Virus record (IMG/VR): IMGVR_UViG_3300045588_000058
Location: 1-57,624 of that record
Length of the DNA: 57,624 nt
Strand: one strand, 5' to 3'
DNA from: a virus
Lineage: Duplodnaviria; Caudoviricetes
The translations under genes and the position numbers were made by a program. The notes below the pieces were generated by a model that made no database searches, had not been told where the DNA came from, and was given only the letters and a program-made list of their open reading frames with translations. Positions 23,301 to 32,691 of the stretch are shown piece after piece (position 1 is the first letter of the stretch; each line of letters begins with the position of its first letter).

Positions 23301-23535
23301 AAGCTAATTGTCTTTCTGCACCAGTAGATCCTGTAATCATTTTATCAGCTTGGTCAAATTGATCTGAATAACTTATAGGTTTAAATCCTGATGAACCACC
23401 AGTTACTGCAGCACCCATTTGTGCTTTTTTAAACTCTTTACCATGTTGTTTCATGAATGCTTCTTCTGATGGATATTTCTTGTAAAACTCCTTTTCAGAT
23501 TTAACACCAGCGATTTTTAAAATTTGTGCTTTCAT
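20350..23535 (-). CDS. Internal cargo/ejection protein with Gly-rich membrane-type helices and repeated xQxGG motifs
   Basis: 1061 aa; GGQIGGTAGKAIGSAFGGPVGGAIGEFVGGIAG glycine zipper; GKSHEE...VEVERGE...VVFG domain; about 14 GG-type motifs. Confidence 0.75.
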   Translation of the reverse strand: MKAQILKIAGVKSEKEFYKKYPSEEAFMKQHGKEFKKAQMGAAVTGGSSGFKPISYSDQFDQADKMITGSTGAERQLALEKQQAAAAAQKDSGGGGFDIGGLMKMFGGAMEGGEGMEGMGDIASSLGGARYGTAIPRAQNGDWYSNNPPAGATNYGQLQPVNQLKPAGSTNPLATGGIGGFDVSKLGAQGSAPQENGWTKTSKALGKQAGPIGEIIGGIGALKAEKEAAKAAKQTKLVSDVSLQAAQSTDVDARRQMQDTFSKQRNAMMQPMTGENLFPVNGVGTNVLARNGTRLQDGGYVGGNPSEIQNTYDPNDIYTDSGYEPLNDSNVKQYYHGGRMHQMQDGGGTPWGAISSKATGMGQELMGGQNAGGQIGGTAGKAIGSAFGGPVGGAIGEFVGGIAGNALDPYAKRIKKDNAATQRNMQGMANVGMAKGIQSQNQSFMEDGGWVSNDWQPQVIASFGGLDEQEVYDYAHEGMNTLRAGGHLRDYTPPSDRAMESYKNGGDVKSYGLGGELQTHWGGGAETISRNPYLPGTGETVMFRGKSHEEYSPNGETGIGVTYGGNPVEVERGEPMVELEEGGVVDPMTGEVQKSGVVFGNLKIPNQYIDMLGDKNAKGKKFKNYVNDLSKIESKQNTLIDKSTKELNALDPKNSFDKLKLTALQASIQGANMKLKDLADKKINAASLQNAINDTAEENGLVADDLARGKVKIDKKAQKQYAKFGGKFTQAQDGLNKLSDEDLMKQADMQGGELDEVVIRPKKSLQVEPEERQSYMWGDESGQIEEEDDIFDYYMRDDESDTPSNKKSSTKSGKNKDWWDKATLFANAVLPNFRPSDVEDLDASQLYPEMYAMATNQLEPVQANFYRPELGVPYDISLQDQLNANQSDYRAAQRMMGYNPAAQANLNAQKYQANQSVLANQFRANQEMKDRVYGENRNILNDAKLKNLAIADQQYTRQAEAMSNTKATTQAALNSIADKYAKNKLENRTLGVMENMYNYRFDNKGRAINMNPLVNFKEMIANANPEELEMYKSALEGKTSKEKEKTKPAKNGSIVKSYKNL

Positions 23536-23536
23536 A

Positions 23537-25033
23537 TTAATTGTATTTGTTTAGCCAGCCTCCTGGTTGTGGTTTATTGTAATTGGTAAAGTTAGTCAAT
23601 TGATCTAATTGTTGCAAAGTTTTTTGATCTTGTTGGTTCACACCATTCTTAGCCATAGGATATTCTGTCACCTTCTTACCCTTGAACTTATAATTCTTTC
23701 CTGGTTTCATTAGTTTTGTATCTCCTGTATCAGATATTCCTAATAAAGGTTCATACACTCCTTCCATTGTTATATCAGTAGATCCTATCTCAACAACCTT
23801 TCCCCAGTTATCAGGATTCCAATATCCCATATCATCTTTGATAACTGAACCATCTCTACTAATAGTCTTTGGTTTCCAATCTAATCCTTGTTGATAGTAT
23901 TGCATTTCTTTACCATTCTGTGCAGAAGCATCTGTCTTATCAGTTTGATTTCTACGTGGTCCTTTACTAGGAATACTTCCTGTGCGTGCGTATGAGAAAC
24001 CTGTAGCTCCAGGGAATGATCCTCCTGTTTGTGCTTCAGGAACATAATTAACTGGATAGACAGAACCACCCATTTGATAATGAGGAATCGCAGTTCTTGT
24101 ATTATAAGGACTAGGTGCTATGTTTGGTAAATCTCCATTCTCAGGATAGTATTTATATTTACTTTCTGTTCCTCCAAAGTTTTGATTTACTGTGTCAGTT
24201 ACATCATAATATTTAGGTGTTCTAACAGGAACTCTAATATTTGGATCTGCTTCTATATCATTATCTGGATAAACTAATCCTGCTGGTTGTAAATTATTTT
24301 GTATTGGTAAATCCAAAAGAGTTTCTATGTTTTGCTTAGGTTTAGCATAAACAGGACTAACTGCATAACCATCATAATACTCTGAAATTGGTTTTATTTT
24401 TGCATCATACACATCAGGAGATGTATAAAAATTAATATTTTCATCTTTTATTCCAAGACTTTTGTAATAATTTATTACTTTTTTTGATTTATTTATTACA
24501 TGTTTATCTTCTCCACCACTTATTGCTCTTTTTTCAAAACCAGGAACTGTTGTTGCAGTATATGCATTTATATTAGGATTTTGTTTTGAAAAAGCAGCAT
24601 ACTCTTTATATGCTTTTCCAGAATAATTACCTTTTTTTGTTTCATTTAATTGTTTATTATATAATACTTTTTCTTTAGCTAGCAGTTTTTCTATTTTTTC
24701 ATAATCCATTTTTAAAGGTTTATAAGAACTTAAATTAGTGATACCTAAGTCTTTTTGTTTATTTGATGTAATAGGATTATTTTTTTGAAATTGATAAGCT
24801 TTATAAAGTCTTAAACTATCTTGATAAGCTTTATATCTAGGATCGTTTTTTGATTTTACATATATAGGTTTCTTTGTTCCACCTTGAGCAATAGGAATCT
24901 CTCCTCCTTCTTGAAACTGTCCTCCCCATGCAGGAGAACTATTTCTTCCTACATTGCTGTATCCATCTCCTTGAAATCCTTCAGGAGCAGATACTTCATA
25001 ATCATTATAATTATCTAACCACTTATTTTTCAT
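23537..25033 (-). CDS. Internal virion cargo protein with xQxGG motifs
   Basis: 498 aa; FQEGG, YQMGG, AQTGG, AQNG, AKNG; C-terminal ITMEGV...DTGDTKLMKPGKNYKFKG domain. Confidence 0.65.
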   Translation of the reverse strand: MKNKWLDNYNDYEVSAPEGFQGDGYSNVGRNSSPAWGGQFQEGGEIPIAQGGTKKPIYVKSKNDPRYKAYQDSLRLYKAYQFQKNNPITSNKQKDLGITNLSSYKPLKMDYEKIEKLLAKEKVLYNKQLNETKKGNYSGKAYKEYAAFSKQNPNINAYTATTVPGFEKRAISGGEDKHVINKSKKVINYYKSLGIKDENINFYTSPDVYDAKIKPISEYYDGYAVSPVYAKPKQNIETLLDLPIQNNLQPAGLVYPDNDIEADPNIRVPVRTPKYYDVTDTVNQNFGGTESKYKYYPENGDLPNIAPSPYNTRTAIPHYQMGGSVYPVNYVPEAQTGGSFPGATGFSYARTGSIPSKGPRRNQTDKTDASAQNGKEMQYYQQGLDWKPKTISRDGSVIKDDMGYWNPDNWGKVVEIGSTDITMEGVYEPLLGISDTGDTKLMKPGKNYKFKGKKVTEYPMAKNGVNQQDQKTLQQLDQLTNFTNYNKPQPGGWLNKYN

Positions 25034-25655
25034 AATTTATATCTTTATATTTCCATATAAATCCTCCACATGTTTTTGTAATTTTCTTTAATGCAAAAGT
25101 TATATTACTAGTACTTAAATTTAAACTAATAGAAGCAGATTTACCTGACTCCCACTCTTTTATAAATATACCATCTAAACTATATTGTAAAATAGATTTA
25201 TATTTTCCTTTTGCAGCTTTATGTTTATGCTCTTCAGAATGTTTTTTACCTAGTTTGCTTTGTTTAAATAGTTGTTTATATTCTTCTGACCATTTTCTAC
25301 CAGTTGCTTTGGTTCTAATTTTATCTCTAGTCTCTAGCGATGTTAACGATACATTATTAGGATGTGTTGGTTTTAAATTATATCCATACTTTCTATTATG
25401 GACATTTAATAATGTAGCCCAATAGTGTTCTTCAGAATACAAATACTCTTCTTTACATTCTTCTAAAATTTCAAATAAAAAATTTTCTTCACCATACATA
25501 TCCCAAGCTCTTTGTAAATATGTATTATTATGTATTCCTGTTTTTAACTGTCTTTTATGAAGCCCCCATCTAACATTAAAAGTTCTTTTAGTACAACCTA
25601 CATATATATGTCTAGTTATAATATTAGTTATGGTATATACACCTATACTGTTCAT
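25023..25655 (-). CDS. Free-standing GIY-YIG homing endonuclease with NUMOD3/NUMOD1-type DNA-binding modules
   Basis: GVYTITNIITRHIYVGCT, catalytic R/E/N pattern (RW..H, EEHY, GYN), KKHSEEHK repeats, QYSLDG.FIKEW...GGFIWKY tail. Confidence 0.9.
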   Translation of the reverse strand: MNSIGVYTITNIITRHIYVGCTKRTFNVRWGLHKRQLKTGIHNNTYLQRAWDMYGEENFLFEILEECKEEYLYSEEHYWATLLNVHNRKYGYNLKPTHPNNVSLTSLETRDKIRTKATGRKWSEEYKQLFKQSKLGKKHSEEHKHKAAKGKYKSILQYSLDGIFIKEWESGKSASISLNLSTSNITFALKKITKTCGGFIWKYKDINYEK

Positions 25656-26521
25656 TACTTATAACTTATTTGGGCTGGAGCTGTCAAAAACTGGCTCACC
25701 AAATGAACGTTTGATTGATCGTCTAAAATATGTCTCACTTTTAATTCTTTTGCTCTTAGAGGAGCTTTCTTAAAGCTTCTTGAACCATAATCCATATTGT
25801 CTTGATTAACTACCTTATCAATAGAAAGACTCTCGCATGATGTAAGAAATAATGGAACTTGAGAACTTTTTTGAAGAGCCCAGAATGTATTATATTGATA
25901 GAAGTTATCACTCTTAGTATATGTGATTGTTTTGCTATCTGTATTGAATATCGGATATTGCATATATGCTCTCATATTATTAAGAGGTTTTGCTACTAAG
26001 TTTATTACTCCTGAACTTTGTTGATTGTTATAAAGAATTACTTTATTAAACCATTTATTGTTTGTTTCTATTCTTGAGTTATAACTAAACACACCATCAG
26101 GTATATTTAGATATTCATATGCTTTTGTATAATCTTTTACATTCTGAAGAATTTCATCTTGAAATTGATAAGCAAATGGATATTCAATAATATATGGTGC
26201 TATGTTTCCATAGTAAGAGTTATACAATTGTATATTAGTTAAATGTCTCCATATACATCCTGTTACAGTTTGTACTAATTTAATATTTGCATACTCTTGC
26301 TCAGTAATATCTTTTAAAGATAATGTTTTTTCTGATTTACATGTACCAGTAGATTTTATTGTAACCATAGTTACATTGTCATTTACAATATAACTTATTC
26401 CTCTTGTTAAAACTTTTTTAGTAACTCCCTCTGCTATTACATTCCCAAACTGATCAAAGATTAAGAATGGACCTGCAGTAGGGTTTACTTGAGTTAATTT
26501 TATTGTTATTGTTTTTGACAT
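25655..26521 (-). CDS. Probable C-terminal part of tail muzzle/stabilisation protein, with added N-terminal beta domain
   Basis: 288 aa; IWRH...YYG...PYIIEYP...FNKVILYNNQQSSG...LRAK..KVRHI resembles muzzle C-termini; first ~70 aa homologous to ORF 35310-35819. Confidence 0.65.
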   Translation of the reverse strand: MSKTITIKLTQVNPTAGPFLIFDQFGNVIAEGVTKKVLTRGISYIVNDNVTMVTIKSTGTCKSEKTLSLKDITEQEYANIKLVQTVTGCIWRHLTNIQLYNSYYGNIAPYIIEYPFAYQFQDEILQNVKDYTKAYEYLNIPDGVFSYNSRIETNNKWFNKVILYNNQQSSGVINLVAKPLNNMRAYMQYPIFNTDSKTITYTKSDNFYQYNTFWALQKSSQVPLFLTSCESLSIDKVVNQDNMDYGSRSFKKAPLRAKELKVRHILDDQSNVHLVSQFLTAPAQISYK

Positions 26522-26530
26522 ATTAATTTA

Positions 26531-29500
26531 TTAACAAGGTCCGTTATTAATTAATGTTACTTCAGGAGGTGTAACTACACTTCCACTTCGTGCACAGAAT
26601 GTTTGAGTTGAAGGTCCTCCTTCTACATTACCAATGTTTACAGATTGTGGATTTTCTGAACAATCAGTATATGTTACTGTTACAACACCCACTGTTGTTT
26701 TACTTATTGTATATGAAAAACAATTTAATGTTGTACTAGTTGTAGTGGTAGTTGTAACACATATTGCTGTTTCAGTAATTATTCCTGATACAACATGATA
26801 AACTTCTGTAGTAGTGTTTGCACTTTCATCTGTAAAATACCAACCATCTGCTATTGTTGTACAATCTGTTGTACCATTATTAACATATATAATTTGTCCA
26901 ACTGTTAAACTTACAGCACTTATATTAATTAAAGTATATTCATAACCTACATTTGTTGTAATATAAGCAATTGCTGCACATGCATCAACTTGACTTCCTG
27001 TAGATACTACTGTTGATGGAGGGGCTATTATATTATATCCTGTAATAAATTGATAGTTGTTCACGGTGTTTGGTCTTTGGCATGGTGGTGGTACAGTTAT
27101 AACTCCTGTTCCTACAAGAGTACAATCAGTTAATATTACTTCTCCAGCTAATGTACAATCTAATGGAATTTCTGTAGTAGTAGTAGTGGTAGTTGAAGAT
27201 GTACTACTAGTAGTAGTAGTAGTTGTTGTACTTGGTGTAGGAATTAATTCTCCTACAACAAAATCAAAATCATCACAACATCCATTAATACCAGAATAAA
27301 AGAAATTGTTTTCTGCTATATACCAATTAGGAATATAACTATGAAAACTTATCCATGTTTTTGTATTTACATTAAATGAAAGTGTCCAAGATTTATTGCA
27401 AAAGTATTCAGAATCTTTTAAATCAACAACTGTTGTTAATACTAAGCTATTAATAACTTCCTCTATATAAAATTCTTTTGTTGTAGAATTGTATTTAATA
27501 TCTTTATTTAATGGAATGTAATCTAGTTTACTAATTATAACTCTATCAAATTTGCTATCATATACAGCATGTAAACCTACTCCATTAAAATGATTATCTG
27601 TATCTACATTTGGAAACCATCTTAATATTTCAAAAGCTAAATGGTCTGTAAAGAATCTATTCATTCCAGAACCAAATGCAGATAAATCGTCTACTTGTGT
27701 TCCTTGTATAAGAAACACTTGTCCTCTTTTAGCATCTACAGTTATTTGTCCTTGAGGAATCTTCAATAACATTTTGTTTTGACTTCCTACATACCCAAGA
27801 TCTGTTTCAGCAAAATCAATAGGAGGTGCTCCTTTAAACATATTAGGATTACCTACATATGCAGCTTGAGGATTACTTGTATCAATTGTTAATAGATTAT
27901 TATACAATAATGATTTGTTTTCAAATCTAGCAAGAATTGCTCTATTTTGTATACCATCTAATGATATAAGATTACCATAGTTTTGGGGAAAATCAAAATA
28001 AGAAATTGCTCTATATGTCAACCAGCTATTAACTCTATTATCTGCATCTGTATTTTGACTATCAGAGTATATTGCTCTAAATGGATAATTTGTATAACAA
28101 GCTTTTCCATCCCAATCAGGAGGAAGGTGTGTAAATGTATTTTCTTTATTTTGTTTAGAAAATGTTACATTATATGTATATGTATTATCATTAGCAATAC
28201 TTACAAAATCTTCTTGTAACCAATCATCAGGAATACTTGTAGATACATGTGGCCAAAAGTCTCCTTCTTTATTATTAAATGCTTGCCTAAGATCTGTATT
28301 GTAAGAACTTTCACAATAAAAATTAGGAATACCATATGCAAACAAATAAAAATATCCATCATAGAATGTTCTATTAGGATTAGTATCTGCTTTAGCAGTT
28401 GATGGTATTAACTCTTGACTATTTTTACAATCAAATTCATGTGCTTTATAAGAAATAATATTTGAAAGTTCTCCTGAATCATTTCCACTATAATTGCTTA
28501 ATATAGATCTAGCAGAATGCCAATATTTAGGATAAGCTATATTTCCTATTTCATCATAGAATACATCTGAATCATCAGGAGCATTAACTCTATTATCTAT
28601 AAAGAATGGAAGTTTAGTTTTAAATGCAAAACGAGAAATAAATGTATCTCCTCCAAATATTGTAGCACTTCCTGTAGTTTTAATATTTTTTTGAAACCCT
28701 GTATCAATTGTATCATAAGAATATATTTGTCCCCATTGATTTACAAATGTATTTTTCAATGAAGCATAGTATGATAAAACTTGTATATCTTTTTCTTTTG
28801 CTGGTGTAGCGCATGAACTACCACCACTTATAGTCATTCTAGATTTATCCGTTATTCCTAAAGCAGAAACACTAACACTATTACTAGGAAATGGAAGTGG
28901 AGATAAATATTGTTCAGAATTGTTTAATTCATTAGTTTTTATAAATACAGAAGTTTCTCTTTGATAGTTATTTATAGGAATATTATCATCTCCTACTGCT
29001 TGAACTCCAGGTATTAAATATTTTGCTAAATCAATAGTTCGTTGTTTAATACCTAGATCATTTGGTATAAATGTATTATAATCATAACTAGCAATTGAAT
29101 TATATGAATATGCATAATTCTTTCTAGTTATACCATTTATATATATCTGTAAATATGCTTGATATGCTGTAAACATAGCAGTGGCACTAAAATCACTAGT
29201 TATATTACCTAATCTACTAGAGCTATCAAGAGCATCTTCTTGTGCTTCTTTTGTAAGTAATCTATATTTAGCATTACTTTTAACTTGTACAAAATGTGCT
29301 TTACCAGCACCAAACATTACATTTTCTAATTTAAGTACATCTCCTAAAAAAGGTTGTCCAAAAGAAGTTTCTGGAGAATTAAATATTTGTCTATATCCAA
29401 GATTAGTATCAGTATCAATTGATGGTTGTGGTATAGGAATTTTACATTGATTTGCTGCACGTACATTTTGATCAGGTAAAGCTTGAATAGTTACTCCACA

Positions 29501-31705
29501 TACATCCTTTGTACTAATTTTAATAGGTTCTGTTCCAACTTTTACATGAATAATATAACTAGAATTAGTTGGCGATCCTTCTACCCATTCTTGTTGTTTT
29601 TCTCCAAACTCATCTGTCCATTCTGCTGTCCATCCAGCACATGCTTGAATAACTGTACCAGTAGAAGCAATTCTCCAAACATTATAATTACCATATGCAG
29701 ATGTACCTTTACCAGATATAATAGTTGGTTTTGCTATAGCACAAATTGAATGAGCACCTAAATCATTTAATTTTTCTTTTATTGATTTATTAGAATTACA
29801 ACTAATATATTCTATTTCAGCATATCCATCTATTCCAAATTCTGTAATGGTTACAACAAATGGTTCACATAATTGTGTCCATGCATTATTAGATGCATTT
29901 AAAAATGGATCTTCACCTAAGTCATTATATGGATAATTAGGAAAATAAAAATCTTGATCTTCTCTCGAATATTTATTTACATTTCTAAGTATACCTTTTG
30001 CTACAATAGATTTATTTGTTCCTCTATCTCCTCTTAATATTTTAAATCCTATTATAGATGATTTTTCTTCTTGCGTTAAATTAGAAGATAATATTAATGA
30101 TTTTACTTGATCAACATCTATTTTTACACCAATAGGAAATACAGAATTATTTTGCATCACCATAGAGGATGCTCCTGTGTACAATACAGTTGATTCTGTT
30201 ATTGGAGAAATTAATACATCTGGAAACTTATGATGTCTAATAGGTTCACCTGCAAGGTCTCCCCATACATTAACATTACAAGGATAAGTTTCTTCTGACT
30301 CCCAATATGCAAAGTTTCCATAATTAAATGCAGTGGCATTACCAATGTTAGTTGTTGGATCTACTGGAGATGCACCAATTAAAGAAGCAGTGTTATATAT
30401 TTTCCAATATGGTGCACTTGTTCCTTCACCAATAAAATCTTGATTTGTATTAGGAACACTAACTAAATCACTACTTACTGATTGTCTACCAGGAATATGA
30501 AAACCATCTGTTTGTTTTCCATTATCTAAAAGAAATGCAATTTCAAATGCATACACTTCATCTCTAAGATACCCTCTTAAATTAGTAGCATTTAATTCAT
30601 TTGAATAATCTTCATTAGCAGGTAATTTATATGTTTCCCATTTAAGATTTATTTGTGATGCTATTGATTGATAATTAATTCTATCTACAGATATAAGACC
30701 ATCCCATATAAGAACATCTTGAGCTGTAGTTAAATCTTCCGCTATATCATAATAAGGAAACTTTTCAAATATATCATTAATAGATAGTTTTATAGCAGAA
30801 ACATCTTGTCCTGTATAAGTAATTTGTTTTGACACATTGTCAATAAAGTATGTACCTACTAATTCTACTGAACTAATATCATTAATAGTTTTAATTACAG
30901 CAAGATTAAAATATTGAAATCCTCCTGTAACATCAAGATTATCAACGTTTATAATAATTGATTTACCTACATTATAGTTATAATTAACTGTTGTTATATT
31001 TATATCTGCAATAGGTGTAGGGTTTGTAATAGAATAATATGATGTGTACGGATTACCAGATGCATCAGAGTATTGTGCAGCAAATTGATATGTTCCTGCA
31101 AGCAATGCTCCTCCTGTAGTAATATCTACTATAGCAAGATCAGGAATATTAAAATTAGGTTGTATTTTTAATTGATTACAATCTAATATATCTGTATAAA
31201 CAGGATCACAAAGCTCTGAGGTAGGTGTTAATAAATATGGAATATTATTAATATCCAAATATCTTCTTTGATTAAAACCATCTGTCCAATATATTTCTGT
31301 TGTACAATTTGTAATTTTATGTACAGTTTTATGTATAGGATGATCAATATTAAAATTAAGACAAGAACTATTAACTAGTTTATGATATATACAATCGTTA
31401 TTATCCATATATCCTATCTCTGAACCACCATCTAGTGGGTTAGTAATAAAGAATATATGTTTGTTTTTTTCGTTAATAAAATGCGTTCCTATTAACACAT
31501 AGCTTTTTGGAAATGTTAAACAAAGTTCATTACCTTGTTCATTTTGATAATTAACAGAACTAGAATCAAAGTTTTCTAAAGCAGCATTTAATGCATAAGT
31601 TAAAGTACCTGATTTAACTTGGTTCAAAGTTTGATCCATGTTTAATCCAATATTGGCACTGTTAAATTCTATTTTAATATTTCCTTGTGATTGTTCTTCA
31701 GCCAT
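26531..31705 (-). CDS. Tail muzzle/stabilisation protein (P22 gp10-like) with Thr/Cys-rich C-terminal extension
   Basis: 1724 aa; GLNMD...NEQGN, GYLRDEVYAF, IRHHKFP, FGGDTFISRF, DAKRG, WTLSF...WISFHSY motifs. Confidence 0.85.
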   Translation of the reverse strand: MAEEQSQGNIKIEFNSANIGLNMDQTLNQVKSGTLTYALNAALENFDSSSVNYQNEQGNELCLTFPKSYVLIGTHFINEKNKHIFFITNPLDGGSEIGYMDNNDCIYHKLVNSSCLNFNIDHPIHKTVHKITNCTTEIYWTDGFNQRRYLDINNIPYLLTPTSELCDPVYTDILDCNQLKIQPNFNIPDLAIVDITTGGALLAGTYQFAAQYSDASGNPYTSYYSITNPTPIADINITTVNYNYNVGKSIIINVDNLDVTGGFQYFNLAVIKTINDISSVELVGTYFIDNVSKQITYTGQDVSAIKLSINDIFEKFPYYDIAEDLTTAQDVLIWDGLISVDRINYQSIASQINLKWETYKLPANEDYSNELNATNLRGYLRDEVYAFEIAFLLDNGKQTDGFHIPGRQSVSSDLVSVPNTNQDFIGEGTSAPYWKIYNTASLIGASPVDPTTNIGNATAFNYGNFAYWESEETYPCNVNVWGDLAGEPIRHHKFPDVLISPITESTVLYTGASSMVMQNNSVFPIGVKIDVDQVKSLILSSNLTQEEKSSIIGFKILRGDRGTNKSIVAKGILRNVNKYSREDQDFYFPNYPYNDLGEDPFLNASNNAWTQLCEPFVVTITEFGIDGYAEIEYISCNSNKSIKEKLNDLGAHSICAIAKPTIISGKGTSAYGNYNVWRIASTGTVIQACAGWTAEWTDEFGEKQQEWVEGSPTNSSYIIHVKVGTEPIKISTKDVCGVTIQALPDQNVRAANQCKIPIPQPSIDTDTNLGYRQIFNSPETSFGQPFLGDVLKLENVMFGAGKAHFVQVKSNAKYRLLTKEAQEDALDSSSRLGNITSDFSATAMFTAYQAYLQIYINGITRKNYAYSYNSIASYDYNTFIPNDLGIKQRTIDLAKYLIPGVQAVGDDNIPINNYQRETSVFIKTNELNNSEQYLSPLPFPSNSVSVSALGITDKSRMTISGGSSCATPAKEKDIQVLSYYASLKNTFVNQWGQIYSYDTIDTGFQKNIKTTGSATIFGGDTFISRFAFKTKLPFFIDNRVNAPDDSDVFYDEIGNIAYPKYWHSARSILSNYSGNDSGELSNIISYKAHEFDCKNSQELIPSTAKADTNPNRTFYDGYFYLFAYGIPNFYCESSYNTDLRQAFNNKEGDFWPHVSTSIPDDWLQEDFVSIANDNTYTYNVTFSKQNKENTFTHLPPDWDGKACYTNYPFRAIYSDSQNTDADNRVNSWLTYRAISYFDFPQNYGNLISLDGIQNRAILARFENKSLLYNNLLTIDTSNPQAAYVGNPNMFKGAPPIDFAETDLGYVGSQNKMLLKIPQGQITVDAKRGQVFLIQGTQVDDLSAFGSGMNRFFTDHLAFEILRWFPNVDTDNHFNGVGLHAVYDSKFDRVIISKLDYIPLNKDIKYNSTTKEFYIEEVINSLVLTTVVDLKDSEYFCNKSWTLSFNVNTKTWISFHSYIPNWYIAENNFFYSGINGCCDDFDFVVGELIPTPSTTTTTTTSSTSSTTTTTTTEIPLDCTLAGEVILTDCTLVGTGVITVPPPCQRPNTVNNYQFITGYNIIAPPSTVVSTGSQVDACAAIAYITTNVGYEYTLINISAVSLTVGQIIYVNNGTTDCTTIADGWYFTDESANTTTEVYHVVSGIITETAICVTTTTTTSTTLNCFSYTISKTTVGVVTVTYTDCSENPQSVNIGNVEGGPSTQTFCARSGSVVTPPEVTLINNGPC

Positions 31706-31713
31706 GATATATA

Positions 31714-32688
31714 TTAATTGTTACGTCTTCTACCATATCTATTAGTACGGTTAGGAAGTTCATACATATTAAATCTATTAAGATCATTTTTTATTCTTCT
31801 TTGCTTTTCTTCAGCAGTTTGTTTTTTAATCTCAATACTAGCCATAATAAAAGCTTCTTCATATAATTGCTTATGATACATTAACTTCTGTTGTAACTGA
31901 TTAAAAGTTTCATCATTAGTTTGATTTGTAAGCATCTCAAACACTTTAAACTTAAGGAATGCTTCTACATATTCTCTTATACGATAGTTATCAGGAATCA
32001 ATTGGTTTCCTATTTCATCATACTCTGTAGCATAAAATATTAAATGTACAACACCATTTCTGAAGTTAGTTACAAATTTATTATCTCGTATATCAAATGA
32101 ATCAATACTAGAACTACCAGGTGTAAAATTATTTACAGGAATAGGCTGATTATTAAAATCCCAGTTATTTGTATATTCAACATCACAATGTTGTTTTGCA
32201 GATATATTTCCAGGTTTAAGTAAATAATTATGAGTAAATCCTCTTGTAACGCTATTGTTTGTTTTATACACAGCTTGTACAAGCACAGGCATACATGTAC
32301 CCTCACATCCTGGATCTTGACAACCAACATTATTACAGGCAGTTCCTGCAATAGTCAATGGACTTACTTGTATTGTAGTTGCACTTGATGCTTGTGAATA
32401 AAATGAATTAGCTGATTGATAGGGATAAGCTGCTACTTCTGTAGTCATCCATGCTTCTCTTACAGCATAAAAGTTATCAGGAAGTCTAGCTTGGAAGTCT
32501 TCTACAAAAAGAATCTCATCAGTAATTACATAAGTTGTTCTTCCTAACTTTTTTAAAGCTTTGTCTAAATAAGTAGGGAATAATAAATCATCTACAGCAG
32601 CAGTATCGAAATAACTTTTAAGTTCTTCTTTAACAGTTGAGTAAACAGGTTCTGGGCTTATAAAAGCGTATTTATAGTAGTAGCTCAT
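31714..32688 (-). CDS. Tail ring/tube protein
   Basis: 324 aa; ARLPDNF, F..G.V.L.YA...DE.G..LIPD pattern; position before the muzzle gene. Confidence 0.7.
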   Translation of the reverse strand: MSYYYKYAFISPEPVYSTVKEELKSYFDTAAVDDLLFPTYLDKALKKLGRTTYVITDEILFVEDFQARLPDNFYAVREAWMTTEVAAYPYQSANSFYSQASSATTIQVSPLTIAGTACNNVGCQDPGCEGTCMPVLVQAVYKTNNSVTRGFTHNYLLKPGNISAKQHCDVEYTNNWDFNNQPIPVNNFTPGSSSIDSFDIRDNKFVTNFRNGVVHLIFYATEYDEIGNQLIPDNYRIREYVEAFLKFKVFEMLTNQTNDETFNQLQQKLMYHKQLYEEAFIMASIEIKKQTAEEKQRRIKNDLNRFNMYELPNRTNRYGRRRNN

Positions 32689-32691
32689 AAT

